DNA of 32,000 nt from an uncultured archaeon (GTDB lineage: Archaea > Asgardarchaeota > Thorarchaeia > Thorarchaeales > Thorarchaeaceae), in assembly GCA_964648855.1 (NCBI GenBank), contig CAZYLT010000003.1, positions 210,001 through 242,000 of the forward strand, read 5' to 3'. The position numbers and the translations under genes were made by a program. The notes under the pieces were generated by a model. That model ran no database searches and was not told the origin of the DNA. It worked only from the letters and a program-made list of their open reading frames with translations. Of the stretch, positions 1 through 9,060 are shown in pieces (position 1 is the first letter of the stretch; each line of letters starts with the position of its first letter).

Positions 1-1
1 C

Positions 2-622
2 TTGAATGATCCGAGAAAGAAGCATTTGGCTCGACTCCTGAAAACTCTGGCAAATGGAATAAACAGTAACGAGTATATGCTCATGGAGTATCTTGGCCCT
101 ATCGTTGATGGAACCCGAGCAGCACTAAATGTCAGTTTGGAAAAGGCAAGGCATCTCAATAAACTAACTGAGGAAGATTTCGACAACTACATGCAAAGCA
201 CAGAGCAGTCCTACGTTGACATCACAATATGCTTCATCACTAATGATGGAGAAGAGGTTTCACTCGTTTTCTACTCGAGTGAGGCAGATGTCTTCGATGA
301 ATGCATAGAGCCAGATGTAACTATTTCCGGCAAAAGGGCAGTTCTGGAAGACTTGCTTGATGCTGATTCAAAGAGGAAGCCTGCTGAAGCTTTGGGTGAA
401 GAAATCGACATTCACGGAAAGGACTCACAGGATATCATCCAAGGTCTTGGGCTTCTCTGTTACCCATCATTATTGAGAATCGCAAGATCGGGTGTTGACC
501 CTTCGTCTCTTCTTTCAGAGGATGCAGACAAAATAGTTATGGCTGCTGCCTCAGAACTCGTAACAAGCACGGTTAGAAAATGGATAGATTTTCGATTGGA
601 AAATGACTCTGCATCTACCTAG
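2..622 (+). CDS. Hypothetical protein with a possible SCP2 (sterol carrier protein-2)-like domain; may be 5'-truncated by the window edge
   Basis: 206-aa acidic ORF. The segment EPDVTISGKRAVLEDLLDA...PAEALGEEIDIHG resembles the SCP2 pattern 'xDxTixxxxxdlxxll.....p..a......i.G'. Its stop overlaps the convergent deacetylase stop. Confidence 0.5.
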   Translation: MNDPRKKHLARLLKTLANGINSNEYMLMEYLGPIVDGTRAALNVSLEKARHLNKLTEEDFDNYMQSTEQSYVDITICFITNDGEEVSLVFYSSEADVFDECIEPDVTISGKRAVLEDLLDADSKRKPAEALGEEIDIHGKDSQDIIQGLGLLCYPSLLRIARSGVDPSSLLSEDADKIVMAAASELVTSTVRKWIDFRLENDSAST

Positions 623-1767
623 GCCAAACCATGGTAGGGAAAGATTAGTTCCTTCACCTTTCGGATTGAACGCTCCATATCCAGTGCTACATCATCACGT
701 GAAAAATACTGCTGAACAACTTCCGATTCATCACGCATTCCCTCGGGAAATTTTGTATATCCAGCTTTCCTACAGAGCGTTTTGAATTCGTCGGGCAATT
801 CTTGAGGGACATCTTCATCAAGCATTACTGCCAAGAATAGGGACCATAGGCGGGCAACATTTACGGGATCATAACCTCCTCCTCCCACAGCCAACCATCC
901 CAAACTGCATATGTCTGCAGACATATCCCTTAGCTTCGATATTACTCTCTCATATCCATGGCTGGAATATGAAAGATGGGCCAAGGGATCTAAGAAATGG
1001 CCATCTACACCTAGTTGTGTCACTAGCAGATCAGGCGAGAATGACTCGAACAGTGGAACTATGACTTCATTCAGAACATCAATCATTTCAGCACTGGATG
1101 CACCGGGGATTACTGGGATGTTCACCGAGTAGCCAATCGCCTGTCCGCCACCCTTCTCAAACACATGACCTGTGCCAGGGAAAAGCGTTTTGCCGGATTG
1201 GTGCATGGAAATTGTGAGAACGTCTTTTGACCTGTAGAAGGCATTCTGTACACCATCTCCATGATGTGCATCAATATCAACATAGAGAACCTTGCTTTTC
1301 TTCTTCTTTTGGAGCATCTTTATGGCAATTGCGACATCATTAAAGACACAGAATCCCGAGGCTTCTGTTCTTTGTGCGTGATGAAGCCCCCCAGATATGA
1401 CAAATGCATTCGAGGCCCCATCAAGAATCTTTCTCAGTCCATCCAAAGTTGCCCCCACATACCTTGCTGATGCCTCATAGATTTTCGGAAAAATCGGATT
1501 ATCCGACGTTCCTAGCCCATGTCGAATGTCAGTACACATATTCTGTTCGCATGCCAGCACTGCGTCGATATAATCTGAACGATGGAATAGCTCAAGTTCA
1601 TCTCGGGTTGCTATAGATGGTTCGCTTACATCAACATGATCAATTAGACCAAGTATCTTTGAGAGCTCATATGTGAATTTGAGCCTCTCTGGCTTTAGGG
1701 GGTGAGATTCCTTGAACTCATACTGAAGTAAAGAGTCACTGTAGGGATAGACCAATTTTGAGCTCAT
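619..1767 (-). CDS. Zn-dependent deacetylase, histone deacetylase superfamily (class I / AcuC-like)
   Basis: Motifs HPLKPER, GGLHHA, SGFCVFND, YVDIDAHHGDGVQ, ISMHQ, FPGTG, GVDGHFLDPL and GGGGY. Start moved to ATG 1767 (MSSKLVYPYS); the ORF track starts at 1833. Confidence 0.92.
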   Translation of the reverse strand: MSSKLVYPYSDSLLQYEFKESHPLKPERLKFTYELSKILGLIDHVDVSEPSIATRDELELFHRSDYIDAVLACEQNMCTDIRHGLGTSDNPIFPKIYEASARYVGATLDGLRKILDGASNAFVISGGLHHAQRTEASGFCVFNDVAIAIKMLQKKKKSKVLYVDIDAHHGDGVQNAFYRSKDVLTISMHQSGKTLFPGTGHVFEKGGGQAIGYSVNIPVIPGASSAEMIDVLNEVIVPLFESFSPDLLVTQLGVDGHFLDPLAHLSYSSHGYERVISKLRDMSADICSLGWLAVGGGGYDPVNVARLWSLFLAVMLDEDVPQELPDEFKTLCRKAGYTKFPEGMRDESEVVQQYFSRDDVALDMERSIRKVKELIFPYHGLA

Positions 1768-1848
1768 GATGGTGAGTTTCCTGTTATATGGAGCTATTTG
1801 TATTCTCTGGAAAAGCACAATGAGAACGCGCATATTCGTGTAAGCTAC

Positions 1849-3408
1849 TCAATACCACTCTATTGTTCCAGGTGGCTTTGAGGTCACATCATATACAACT
1901 CGATTTACACCCTCAACTTCGTTGGCGATTCTTGATGCAATTCTGAGCAAACTATCCCAACTCGGTCTTGACACAGATGCTGTCATAGCATCTTGGCTTT
2001 CCACAATTCTCAGTACAATTGCTTGGTCATAGGTACGCTCATCTCCCATTACACCCACAGAACGTATCGGTATCAATACACAGAAAGACTGCCAGACTGT
2101 TGGGTATATGGGTTCGTTTCTAATCTCTTCCTGAAGAATCCTATCTGCCTTTTTGAGGATCTTAAGCTGCTCCCTTGTAACTCGACCTCCAATTCTGATT
2201 GCCAAGGATGGTCCTGGAAATGGCTGCCTCGATATCATGTATTCGGGAAGTCCCAGTTCTTTGCCTACAGATCTGACTTCATCCTTGTAGAAGTGTTTCA
2301 GTGGCTCTACCACGGAAAGGCGCATCCAATCTGGTAGCCTCACATTGTGATGGCTTTTTATCACAGCAGTAGCCGATCCTGTAGCTGCACTCTCTACTCT
2401 ATCTGGATAAATAGTGCCTTGCCCCAAGTATGCAAATTGCCCGTACTCCTCCTGCAATTCATCTGCTGTTTTCTCGAATACTTCAATGAATGTATCAGCG
2501 ATGATTTTCCTTTTTTCCTCTGGGTCAATAATCCCCTCTAAATTGTTCAAGAATTCGTCTGCTGCATTAACTGTGATAAAATTCTCAAAACCCATGCTCT
2601 TGAAGGCACTTTGAACCTCTTCTCTCTCACCAGACCGCAGAAGACCATTATCCACAAACACGCAGAATAGCCGATTTCCGATAGCTTGCTGCACCAATAC
2701 CGCCGCAACTGTAGAATCCACTCCTCCGGATGTGCCCATAAGCACCCTCTGTTCTCCAATTTCTTCAGTTAGCTGTTCGATTATTTCCTCTATCTGGTTT
2801 TCTGGTATCCACCTTTGCTGGTAGCCACAAATCTCTCGGAGAAATGCATCAAGCACGGTCATTCCATTCGGGGTATGCGCAACTTCGGGATGAAATTGAA
2901 CGCCGAAGAACATGTTATCGGAGGAAGCAAAAGAAGCCACATGTCCTTCTTTGCTGGTGGCAAGAATCTGCATTGTATCCGGAGGGCTTGATACTTGGTC
3001 GCTGTGACTCATCCAAACATTCTGCTTCTCATCGAGCCCCTGCAATATAGAAGGATTATCGCTGAGTTGAATTTCTGTTTGTCCGTATTCGGGATTTCCG
3101 CCGTGGTCAATTTCTGCTCCTAATGCCTTGGCTAAGAGCTGATGTCCAAAGCAGATTCCCAAGACTCTGATGCCTCTTTCTTTCAGGGTTTCCAAATTGA
3201 TATCAAACGGCTCACTCAGGTCCGACTCGGTCACTGTGCGGGGCCCTCCCGATAGAATTATTCCCTTTACGCCGTCCAGTAGTGACTTCTTGAGGACGAC
3301 ATTTTGTGGCAAGATCTCAGCATAGACCCCTAGTTCCCTACAGCGCCGCGAAATGAGGTGGGTGTACTGCCCTCCGTAATCGATAATTAGGATTCGTTCC
3401 TGTTTCAT
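1849..3408 (-). CDS. guaA: GMP synthase (glutamine-hydrolysing), single-chain GATase + ATP pyrophosphatase
   Basis: DYGGQYTHLI, GICFGHQ, QFHPEV, SGGVDS, IKSHHNV, PFPGP and KPPGTIEW. GAGGTGA RBS upstream. Confidence 0.97.
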   Translation of the reverse strand: MKQERILIIDYGGQYTHLISRRCRELGVYAEILPQNVVLKKSLLDGVKGIILSGGPRTVTESDLSEPFDINLETLKERGIRVLGICFGHQLLAKALGAEIDHGGNPEYGQTEIQLSDNPSILQGLDEKQNVWMSHSDQVSSPPDTMQILATSKEGHVASFASSDNMFFGVQFHPEVAHTPNGMTVLDAFLREICGYQQRWIPENQIEEIIEQLTEEIGEQRVLMGTSGGVDSTVAAVLVQQAIGNRLFCVFVDNGLLRSGEREEVQSAFKSMGFENFITVNAADEFLNNLEGIIDPEEKRKIIADTFIEVFEKTADELQEEYGQFAYLGQGTIYPDRVESAATGSATAVIKSHHNVRLPDWMRLSVVEPLKHFYKDEVRSVGKELGLPEYMISRQPFPGPSLAIRIGGRVTREQLKILKKADRILQEEIRNEPIYPTVWQSFCVLIPIRSVGVMGDERTYDQAIVLRIVESQDAMTASVSRPSWDSLLRIASRIANEVEGVNRVVYDVTSKPPGTIEWY

Positions 3409-3416
3409 TTCATATC

Positions 3417-3424
3417 TTCACCTC
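3417..3424 (-). promoter_or_regulatory. Shine-Dalgarno (GAGGTGA) for guaA
   Basis: Minus strand reads GAGGTGAAGATATGA-ATG immediately before the guaA start. Confidence 0.7.
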
Positions 3425-3486
3425 TGATATGTTTTTGGCAAGTCATTCCTCCAATGCTCTACTCACTATATTCTTCTCTGGTTTTT

Positions 3487-4743
3487 CTATTCTACACATT
3501 TGGCAATGTCAGAACGATACCGAACATTCCCCGTAACCTTTCTGATGTCATCGTACGCTATCTCTCTAGCTTCAGTAACTGTATCTGCGACACCACACAC
3601 AGCAAGAGATCGACTACTGGTTGTGAAAACACTGCCTTCCTTCTCGTAGACAGATGCGTAATGCAATTTGCTTGTCATTCCTTCGCCAATAGTGATGGGC
3701 GAGTCTGATTTTGCGGCAGTACCCGGATATCTGTCCGGAACAACATACACGCAGACAGTTGCCTTATTCAAAAACTGAGGTTTGGGGACATTGCCCCCAA
3801 TTATACCTTGACATATTTCATCTAGTGAATAGTCCAAGATTGACAAAACATTGATGGCTTCGGGGTCTCCAAACCGTGCGTTGAATTCAATTACCTTCAG
3901 TCCGCCCTTTGTCTTCATGAATTGACCATAAAGAATTCCTTTGTAATCGTAGGTTGTCTGTTTTCTTATGCCTGCGATTGTGGATTTCATAATATCCAAC
4001 GCTTCGTCTAAGTCATCATCAGACAGATAATCTAGACCATGGTCTTGGCGAGAGTACGAACCCATAGACCCGGTATTTGGTCCCTCATCCGCATCATATG
4101 CTCTCTTATAGTCTCTCACAAGCGGCATGGGTTCAAGCTTATTCCCATCCACAAAGCACTGGACTGTAAATTCTGCTCCTTCTAGTCGTTCCTCCAGTAA
4201 AACAACGCCTCGTTGCTTAAGATGCGTGGTAGCATAATCCTCTAACTGGCTGCGTGAAGTGAAGTGCTCGCCATATATCTTGACGCCCTTTCCTCCGGTT
4301 AATCCATCTGGTTTGACTACCATATCTTCGATTCCCACCTCCCTTTCGAATGCTCGCATGTCATCAATGCTGTTTACAATCTTATATCTGGGATTGGAAT
4401 CAGGCGCAACTTTGTCTAGAGTTCTGCGTGCAAATGACTTGCTAGTTTCGATTCGAGCCGCTTCTTTTCTTGGAGCCACACAGGGAACACCATGCCGTTC
4501 GAGATAATTTGTTATTCCGCGTTCGATGGGAGATTCAGGACCAATCACTGCATAATCAACACCTGATACGTCGCTCAAGGTTCTATAATCTGTAATATCA
4601 CCGATAGTTGATTTCTCTGCAAGAGCTGCAATTCCGGGATTATTGCGGTGCATATATGCTCGAATACTCACTCCACTGCGTGACAAAGCTAATGCAATGG
4701 CATGTTCTCGAGCTCCGCTTCCAACCAACAGAACTGTAGTCAT
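3487..4743 (-). CDS. purD: Phosphoribosylamine-glycine ligase
   Basis: VGSGAREHA, VIGPE, ETSKSFA, VKPDGLTGGKGV, GPNTGSMGS and EFNARFGDPE. ATGA-type overlap with the upstream gene. Confidence 0.96.
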   Translation of the reverse strand: MTTVLLVGSGAREHAIALALSRSGVSIRAYMHRNNPGIAALAEKSTIGDITDYRTLSDVSGVDYAVIGPESPIERGITNYLERHGVPCVAPRKEAARIETSKSFARRTLDKVAPDSNPRYKIVNSIDDMRAFEREVGIEDMVVKPDGLTGGKGVKIYGEHFTSRSQLEDYATTHLKQRGVVLLEERLEGAEFTVQCFVDGNKLEPMPLVRDYKRAYDADEGPNTGSMGSYSRQDHGLDYLSDDDLDEALDIMKSTIAGIRKQTTYDYKGILYGQFMKTKGGLKVIEFNARFGDPEAINVLSILDYSLDEICQGIIGGNVPKPQFLNKATVCVYVVPDRYPGTAAKSDSPITIGEGMTSKLHYASVYEKEGSVFTTSSRSLAVCGVADTVTEAREIAYDDIRKVTGNVRYRSDIAKCVE

Positions 4744-6182
4744 TCTAGAGTCACCTGGAATGGTTCTATATCTACTACACCTGCAACCGATTCCTCAATG
4801 ACTCCTATTTCAACGGCATCATCATGCTTTCTGAGTATTTCCAGAGCTTTTTCTTTCTCGTCTTCTGGAAGTACAATTGCCATCCCAATGCCCATATTAA
4901 AAGTTGAAAACATCTCTCTATTGGAGATTCCACCAACTTTTTGAATAACGGAAAAAATCGGTGGGATGGATGGTAGATTCCTAACGCTGAAGCGGTGATT
5001 ACCCAGTCTGAGCAATTTCTTGAACGCATTCCCTGTTATGTGTGCTATTCCATGCAAGTTTATGCCTCCTTTCTTCAGCGATCTAATATGATTTACATAG
5101 ATTCTCGTTGGTCTGAGTAGTTCATTATCAACTCGTTCTCCCCATGGAAGTAGTTGGTTCAGCCGATACTTACTGAGAATTACTTTTCTTGCCAGGGTAA
5201 AACCATTCGAATGCAATCCATTTGAGGGAATACCAAGGATGACATCCCCCTCAACAATTGATGACCCGTCAATTAATTCGTCGGGGTGTGATATGCCCAC
5301 TGCTGTTCCCGCCAGATCCATGCCGACCCCCTTGGCACCTCTGATTATGTCAGGCAGTATGGCGGTTTCGCCGCCGAGAATTGGTATACCACATTCCTGA
5401 CAGCCTTTCAAGAGACCTTCAGCGATTTGTTCCATGATTGGTCCAGGCAATGTTCTTTGGAGTGCAAGATAATCAACGAACGCAATCGGATTAAGGCCTA
5501 TACAAATCAGGTCATTCACATTCATGGCAACACAATCGATTCCAATCGTATCGAATTTTTTTGCTAGTTGAGCTACCAATACTTTGCTTCCAACACCATC
5601 TGTAGATATGCCAAGACAAATCTCATCAGTAATTTGTATTGTATTTGCGAAGTGCCCGTAATCCTGACCGACACGACTACCTCTAAATGACTTTCTGACA
5701 AAATCTCCCATGATTCTGAGGCTCTCTTCAATTGCTTTCTCATCCACACCAGCCTCCGCATACGTGCGGGGAATATGGCTATAGCTTCCCCCTGCTCCTA
5801 GAATTCTTGCTGCCAGATGTGCTGCGTTTTGTCCATTATCTATACCCACTGTAGCTACAGGTACGCCTTTTGGCATCTGAGCTATTGATAATAATGAGTC
5901 GAGACCACCAAGTGCAGCTGACACCGGTACCCCAATTACAGGTGCATCAGTTAGAGATGCTATGAATCCAGGCAAAGCCGCTGACAAACCGGCTATTGCA
6001 ATGATAACCCGCGCATTTGACCTCTTGACGATTTTTGTTACTTTTTCTGGTTCTCGATGAGCCGAGGCAATTTCCGCAATGTAGTTGATATGCAAATCTG
6101 TAAGCGTCTTTGTTACTTTCTTCACAATCTTGTCATCGCTCTTGCTTCCCGAAACAATGAGTACATCCACCATCTTTCTCAT
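4740..6182 (-). CDS. purE-purM: PurE-PurM fusion: AIR carboxylase (N-terminal ~130 aa) + AIR synthetase
   Basis: N-terminus has GSKSD, ASAHR, AGLSAALPG, PVIGVP, GLDSLLS and QMPKGVPVATV (PurE). It continues in frame into TYAEAGVD, STDGVGSK, GIDCVAMNVND, GGETA, SNGLHSNG, HITG and FNMGIG (PurM). Confidence 0.93.
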   Translation of the reverse strand: MRKMVDVLIVSGSKSDDKIVKKVTKTLTDLHINYIAEIASAHREPEKVTKIVKRSNARVIIAIAGLSAALPGFIASLTDAPVIGVPVSAALGGLDSLLSIAQMPKGVPVATVGIDNGQNAAHLAARILGAGGSYSHIPRTYAEAGVDEKAIEESLRIMGDFVRKSFRGSRVGQDYGHFANTIQITDEICLGISTDGVGSKVLVAQLAKKFDTIGIDCVAMNVNDLICIGLNPIAFVDYLALQRTLPGPIMEQIAEGLLKGCQECGIPILGGETAILPDIIRGAKGVGMDLAGTAVGISHPDELIDGSSIVEGDVILGIPSNGLHSNGFTLARKVILSKYRLNQLLPWGERVDNELLRPTRIYVNHIRSLKKGGINLHGIAHITGNAFKKLLRLGNHRFSVRNLPSIPPIFSVIQKVGGISNREMFSTFNMGIGMAIVLPEDEKEKALEILRKHDDAVEIGVIEESVAGVVDIEPFQVTLE

Positions 6183-6183
6183 C

Positions 6184-8352
6184 CTATATCATGTATTTTC
6201 TGATTCCTCGGCCATATCGTTTCCTAGCCTCACTTGCAGACACCTTAAAGGCACCAAAATCGCCTATGGGATTCGGAGTAGTCAAACCTAATTCTGAATA
6301 GATAACCCGGTGCTTGTCCATGATTGCCAAGAACTCTTCTTGATTGCTTTCAGTAACTTCTGCTATGTAGCGTCCGGGTGTTTCAGAGAATAGGATTTCT
6401 GACAACCCTCTCGTTCCATCATCTGCTCCTTCTAAGTCCAGTTTGAAACCGTACTCACTATCAAACATCATTTTCATTAATGAAATGGCTATCCCCCCTC
6501 TTCCTACATTATTGCATGACCTTATCAAAGAATTACTGTGTGCGTCAAGCACTGCTTCCATTGCTACCTTTTCCAATTCTGGACGATATCTTGGAGGATG
6601 ACCTCTCACTTCGCCAAGAGTGTGATGCTGAAATGCGCTTCCATTGAGCTCTCCATGAGTCTCTCCTATAAGATAGATTGAAGCCCATGGCATGGCTAAA
6701 TCGCTCATTATTGGACGTATTCCGTTATCAAGTACGCCTGCCATCATTATTTGGGGAGTGGGATTTATCCGATGAATCTCGCCCTTTTCCTCGCTTTCAT
6801 TGTAGAAAGAAACATTCCCTGCTATAATCGGTATATCAAAGTCATGCGAAAACTGCCCGAGTCCCTTGACCGCCTCCACGAATTGTGAGTATGAATCTGG
6901 ACGTTCTGGATTTCCAAAGTTAAGGCAGTCTGCAATTAGAATGGGTCTAGCGCCCATGCAGACCAAATTTCTCATGGTTTCACAAGCAGAGTTTGCAGCT
7001 CCGCTAAAGGGATCCAGAAGTGACCAAAAAGAGTTGCAATCTGTGGAGAAGGCTACTAATTTGCCGAATGGCAATTCAAGAACGCCAGCATTATCACCAA
7101 TATCTACTACGGTATTGGTCTGTACGTGCTGGTCGTATTGCTCATAAATCCATGATCGGTCACAAATATTCAAGTCCTCCAAGAACTCGAGAAGACATTC
7201 GGCGTAATCCTCTGGCTCCTCCAGCCAGGCCATGCCTCTTGTTCTGGTGGGCAAGTTGCCAACGGGCCTATCCGGTGCCGGAAATCCTTCTACAAGTAGA
7301 TTGATGGGTAACGCTGCTCTCTGCTCCCCCTCTTCTACAACGGTGAAATTGCCATCATCAGTTACTTCTCCAATTACTGCGTGGGTTGTTTCATTCATCT
7401 CAAGAATTTCTAGAACACGCTCCAAATTATCAGGTGATACAACCGCTAGCATTCTCTCTTGAGATTCGGAAATGACTATCTCGTGAGCCTTCATTCCTCG
7501 TTCTCTCAGTGGTATCTTATCGATGTCAATCCTAACTCCAGTTCCTCCTCTTGATGCCATTTCAGCCGCCGCTGAAGTCAAGCCTCCGCCGCCGAAGTCC
7601 TGAAGGCCATCCAGTAGATTCTCAGATACCAACTCCTCAAGTGTATCAATGACCACCTTCTTTGCTAATGGGTCACCAATTTGAACCGCTGCCCTGTTTT
7701 CCTCTTCCGCGTCAGAAAATGCAACAGAAGCGAAGCTAACTCCGGCGATTCCATCTCTACCAGTAGTTGAACCAAAAAGAACAAGATTGTGACCAGGCGT
7801 TCTTGCCGAGCTTCTGATTACTTGGTCTGCTGTAGTTGTTCCCACACATACTACGTTTACAAGACAGTTGCCATCATAAGAATCATCAAATTGTACCTCG
7901 CCCCCGATGGTAGGAATTCCGACGCTGTTTCCGTATACTGAAATTCCTCTTACCACATGCTCAAGCAGATATGCATTACGAGGCTTATCCAAGGAACCGA
8001 AACGAAGACAATTCATGAGGCCAATAGCTTTGCATCCCTGGGAAATAACATCTCTGATGATTCCTCCCACCCCTGTGGCAGCTCCATTGAATGGGTCTAT
8101 CTGGCTTGGATGATTGTGTGATTCCATTGCAACTCCTAACAAGACACCATCACCTAGTTCCACAAGGCCGGCTCCCTCCCCTGTTCCAAGGTAGACTCTT
8201 TCCCCTTTGGTTTTGAATAGATGAAACCACCTTTGGCTGCTCTTGTATGAACAATGCTCTGACCAAAGAACGTCTAGCATAGCCAGCTCTGTTTTTGTGG
8301 GCTCTCTGCCAAGAGCTGCCTCCGCATGTTCAAGTTCTTTGTGTGAAAGCAT
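6184..8352 (-). CDS. purL: FGAM synthase large subunit (small-type PurL)
   Basis: WSEHCSYKSS, ESHNHPS, GAATGVGGIIRD, QDFGGGG, SESQERM, CLNFGNPE and GNVSFYNE. Confidence 0.97.
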   Translation of the reverse strand: MLSHKELEHAEAALGREPTKTELAMLDVLWSEHCSYKSSQRWFHLFKTKGERVYLGTGEGAGLVELGDGVLLGVAMESHNHPSQIDPFNGAATGVGGIIRDVISQGCKAIGLMNCLRFGSLDKPRNAYLLEHVVRGISVYGNSVGIPTIGGEVQFDDSYDGNCLVNVVCVGTTTADQVIRSSARTPGHNLVLFGSTTGRDGIAGVSFASVAFSDAEEENRAAVQIGDPLAKKVVIDTLEELVSENLLDGLQDFGGGGLTSAAAEMASRGGTGVRIDIDKIPLRERGMKAHEIVISESQERMLAVVSPDNLERVLEILEMNETTHAVIGEVTDDGNFTVVEEGEQRAALPINLLVEGFPAPDRPVGNLPTRTRGMAWLEEPEDYAECLLEFLEDLNICDRSWIYEQYDQHVQTNTVVDIGDNAGVLELPFGKLVAFSTDCNSFWSLLDPFSGAANSACETMRNLVCMGARPILIADCLNFGNPERPDSYSQFVEAVKGLGQFSHDFDIPIIAGNVSFYNESEEKGEIHRINPTPQIMMAGVLDNGIRPIMSDLAMPWASIYLIGETHGELNGSAFQHHTLGEVRGHPPRYRPELEKVAMEAVLDAHSNSLIRSCNNVGRGGIAISLMKMMFDSEYGFKLDLEGADDGTRGLSEILFSETPGRYIAEVTESNQEEFLAIMDKHRVIYSELGLTTPNPIGDFGAFKVSASEARKRYGRGIRKYMI

Positions 8353-8361
8353 CTATCTCAC

Positions 8362-9060
8362 CTATCTCTCTATACATCCTCTCACAAAATTATCCAATAT
8401 TGCTCTCCCGTCAACAGACCCAAGAATTTCCCGTGATGCTCTTTCTGGATGTGGCATCAAACCTAGGACATTACCCCTTTCATTTATTACTCCAGCAATA
8501 TTTCCTATAGAGCCGTTGGGATTTGAGGCCTCGTCCGTATTCCCATCCGTGTCGCAGTATTTGAATGGTATTCTGCCATCAGTTACCAGTCTTCCAAATA
8601 CATCATCGTCACAGAAATAATTTCCATCAGAATGTGCTATTGGTATGCGAAGTACAGCATTCTCAAGCCCTTCTGTATACATCGTAGTCCTATCTGCGAC
8701 TTGAAGATAGACCCACTTGCAGATGAAGTGAGAGTTGATATTGGGGAGCAATACCCCCGGAAGTAGACCTGCTTCAGCCAGTATTTGAAAACCATTACAT
8801 ATGCCAAGAACCGGTCGACCAGATTCTGCCATATTTCTAACTTCATTTATGATACCTTCAACAGATGCAATTGCTCCGGCCCTAAGATAATCCCCATAAC
8901 TAAAACCTCCGGGAATAACGATTCCACTGAAGTTTGTGAGGTCCTCTGGTCCCTTGCGACTTGGCACCAACACCGGATTTGCCCTCGGAATTGCCCTTAA
9001 TGCCCTCATAACATCCTGTTCATTGTTTGTTCCTGGGAATCTGAGTACAGCTATGGGCAC
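8362..9060 (-). CDS. purQ: FGAM synthase glutaminase subunit
   Basis: FPGTNNE, PGGFSYGDYLRAG, GICNGFQIL, PIAH, NPNGS and GLMPHPER. GTG start directly after the upstream TAG. Confidence 0.97.
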   Translation of the reverse strand: MPIAVLRFPGTNNEQDVMRALRAIPRANPVLVPSRKGPEDLTNFSGIVIPGGFSYGDYLRAGAIASVEGIINEVRNMAESGRPVLGICNGFQILAEAGLLPGVLLPNINSHFICKWVYLQVADRTTMYTEGLENAVLRIPIAHSDGNYFCDDDVFGRLVTDGRIPFKYCDTDGNTDEASNPNGSIGNIAGVINERGNVLGLMPHPERASREILGSVDGRAILDNFVRGCIER

